Shown here: in pieces, positions 62,066-64,000 of the stretch | How positions within the stretch are numbered: position 1 is the first letter of the stretch | How the letters are laid out: each line of letters starts with the position of its first letter | Assembly: GCF_006345805.1 (NCBI RefSeq) | Contig: NC_043019.1 | Coordinates: 12,895,360 to 12,959,359 of the forward strand | Origin: Octopus sinensis | Taxonomy: Eukaryota | Reading direction: 5' to 3' | Length of the DNA: 64,000 nt | Notes under the pieces: model-generated | What the model saw: only the letters and a program-made list of their open reading frames with translations | Database searches by the model: none | Told to the model about the DNA's origin: nothing | Made by a program: the position numbers and the translations under genes

Positions 62066-62120
62066 GTCTTACAGCTGTTTCTAGGATATTAATTAATAAT
62101 AATATCCCTTCATCGGAGAC
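62066..62120 (-). ncRNA. Putative minimal type I hammerhead ribozyme (Penelope-type), core CCGAUGA
   Basis: Helix I GUCU/AGAC; 8-bp helix II GGGAUAUU/AAUAUCCU; GAAA; palindrome ACAGCUGU as helix III; GUA triplet. Confidence 0.6.
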
Positions 62121-62555
62121 GGTGTGAGAGGATGGTTAAGTCATAGTTAGTTTCGATGTGATATAAAGTAGAGAGTGAAGTGGAGGAAAGAAAATAGATG
62201 TAAGATATGTATGGTTATTGAATTCGTAAATCCGTTTTATAGGCATAATGGTATATATGTGTAATATTCCAATATCTTTTTAGTAAAATCCAAAAGTCCA
62301 ACAGAGTTTAATATGAGTCCATTCAGATATAGAGTTTATAAGCAATATAAGATTCTCTTAATGTTGGTCATTACCTGATACCTTTGGGTCTCAATGACAC
62401 CGTTATCTCTCTTATATATATATATAAGAAATTTATCAATCTCGCCAAAAAGAAATTATCTTCCCTAGTAAGTCCCAGCTATTCAGTTTCGTTTCCCAAT
62501 TGGAACTGTCTTTTTTTTTTTTTCGTGTGTTTGAGAAAAGCCTTAAGCATTGAAA

Positions 62556-62799
62556 ATGGTGAACGTCCCCAAATCCCGGCAGACCTTCTGCAAAGGTAAA
62601 AATAAAATGCAGGAAACATCCTCTTCACAAGTTTTCACAGTACAAGGCTGGTAAAGCCTCATTATGTGCTCAAGGTAGAAGAGACGTTAAGATAGAAAAG
62701 GAAGAGGTTATGGTGGTCTGACCAAACCTAGCGAAAATGGCTAAAACCACCAAGAAAGTTGTCCTTCGAATGGAGTGTACAGAATGCAAATTTAGGAAA
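62556..62799 (+). pseudogene. RPL36A: Processed pseudogene of 60S ribosomal protein L36a/eL42
   Basis: MVNVPKSRQTFCKGK / KCRKHPLHKFSQYKAGKASLCAQGRR / R*DRKGRGYGG / AKTTKKVVLRMECTECKFRK. No introns, several frameshifts and an in-frame TAA. Cut by a MITE at 62806. Confidence 0.9.
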
Positions 62800-62805
62800 T
62801 AACTT

Positions 62806-63215
62806 GGATCTTTTCGGTTTGAACGGCAGTTTTTTCTAGCGGTGTCATATGAAATTGTCACCCGTAATTATGACCCTAGTATCGATCTATTGCATTTCAA
62901 TCTGTTTTAGGGTTAGGGTTAGGGGGAAGGGTATCTTTTTTCTTCAGAAATGTAAATAAACCCAATCTGTTTCTTAAACGAGGGACATATTCATACGGCA
63001 CAGAATGTTTTCACCTCAATAGACGTCATTGATTGGTTGAAATTGCAGAAACTGAAGAAAAACAACAACAAATATCTTACAAACCATAGAATTTGCTCAA
63101 TAAAGCCAAGAGAAAAAGATGTTTTATAAACACATTCTACCAGTATACGAAGTTTAAAATTTTTTAGTTACGTGGAAAATATTTTTAAAAACTGCCGGTC
63201 AAACCGAAAAGATCC
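62806..63215. mobile_element. GGATC-terminal MITE, 8-bp TSD aataactt
   Basis: Identical flanks at 62798-62805 and 63216-63223; interrupts the RPL36A retrocopy. Confidence 0.92.
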
Positions 63216-64000
63216 AATAACTTTTATATAAATATAGCGAGAAAAAGATGCCGACTACTTTTCATGTTTTATTTCAAGTTAAAAAAAAATATATATCTAC
63301 CCCCCAAAAGCGAAGCTTTAAAAATATCAGATTTGAAACCAGGTCACAGAAAACTGTGTGGAATTACTGGGAACCTGGCTTCTTCTATTCTACAGCACCC
63401 GTTTCAACTCACTGATAGCAGCCGATAAATCAATATGAGATATACGTTCGATGATTAGTTAGAAAAAGGTAGTCAACGTTAATATTGCGCGGTTAGTTGT
63501 AGCGAGTTTGCACCATGCTCTAGAATTGGGCCTCTAACAGGACGAGTTAGCCCGTTACAAGCCTTGGTTTCAATTTCCAGTTGAAGACAATTCTCAGCTT
63601 TAATTAGGCAATCTAATTAATACATTTTACTTTGTAATTACGGTTAATTTGTATGAGAAAAAGAAAAACGAAACTGATATATTAACTAGAAAGGTTTAAG
63701 ATATTTGCCCGCTATAATTCTGTTATTCTGTTATTCTGTTGGTTAAAAAGCAACTATAGAATTACACTGTACGACTCCCAATCCCTTTGTGTTTTTTTTT
63801 AATGACTTAATAGTTGAATTATACATTATAATTCCGCTATTCTGCTCGTATATTATTACTAACCATTGAGAAAAAACAAAAAGAAAGAAAGAAAGACTGA
63901 AAGACAGAAAAAAAGGGACAGAAAGAAAAAAAAACACGATAGAATAAAGAAAGAAAGAAAATCTAGATACAATTCTGTTATTCTGTTCGTTAATACATTC

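Larger units (their letters stand above)
61325..63613 (+). repeat. Pair of about 285-bp direct repeats (61325-61611 and 63330-63613)
   Basis: gatttgaaaccaggtcacag...ttaatta(t/g)gcaatc, nearly identical. Confidence 0.9.

Overview
Repeat-dense eukaryotic DNA with no prokaryotic features. The SINE, microsatellite and RTE content looks cephalopod, probably Octopus (inference). One intact protein-coding gene is supported: MTMR9 (myotubularin-related pseudophosphatase) on the minus strand. It has 14 coding exons (16010-40662, 565 aa plus stop) with canonical GT-AG junctions and consistent phases. A diverged duplicate of its last exon lies at 11062-11173. A frameshifted, intronless RPL36A/eL42 retrocopy lies at 62556-62799. 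The rest is transposon debris: RTE and CR1 LINE pieces, Penelope-like remnants, three tRNA-derived SINE families, non-autonomous Helitrons, TTAA (piggyBac-like) MITEs, mariner remnants, a Gypsy integrase remnant, and four GG-terminal MITE families with 8-9 bp target duplications. Best leads: (1) two minimal Penelope-type hammerhead ribozyme folds with non-canonical cores (CUGUCGA and CCGAUGA); (2) nested Merlin-like MITEs, several carrying telomere-like TTAGGG cores; (3) the duplicated terminal exon; (4) several long fold-back structures in the MTMR9 pre-mRNA, including inverted SINEs bracketing exon 3. Most long ORFs in the supplied track are microsatellite artefacts. All alignments and folds were done by eye.
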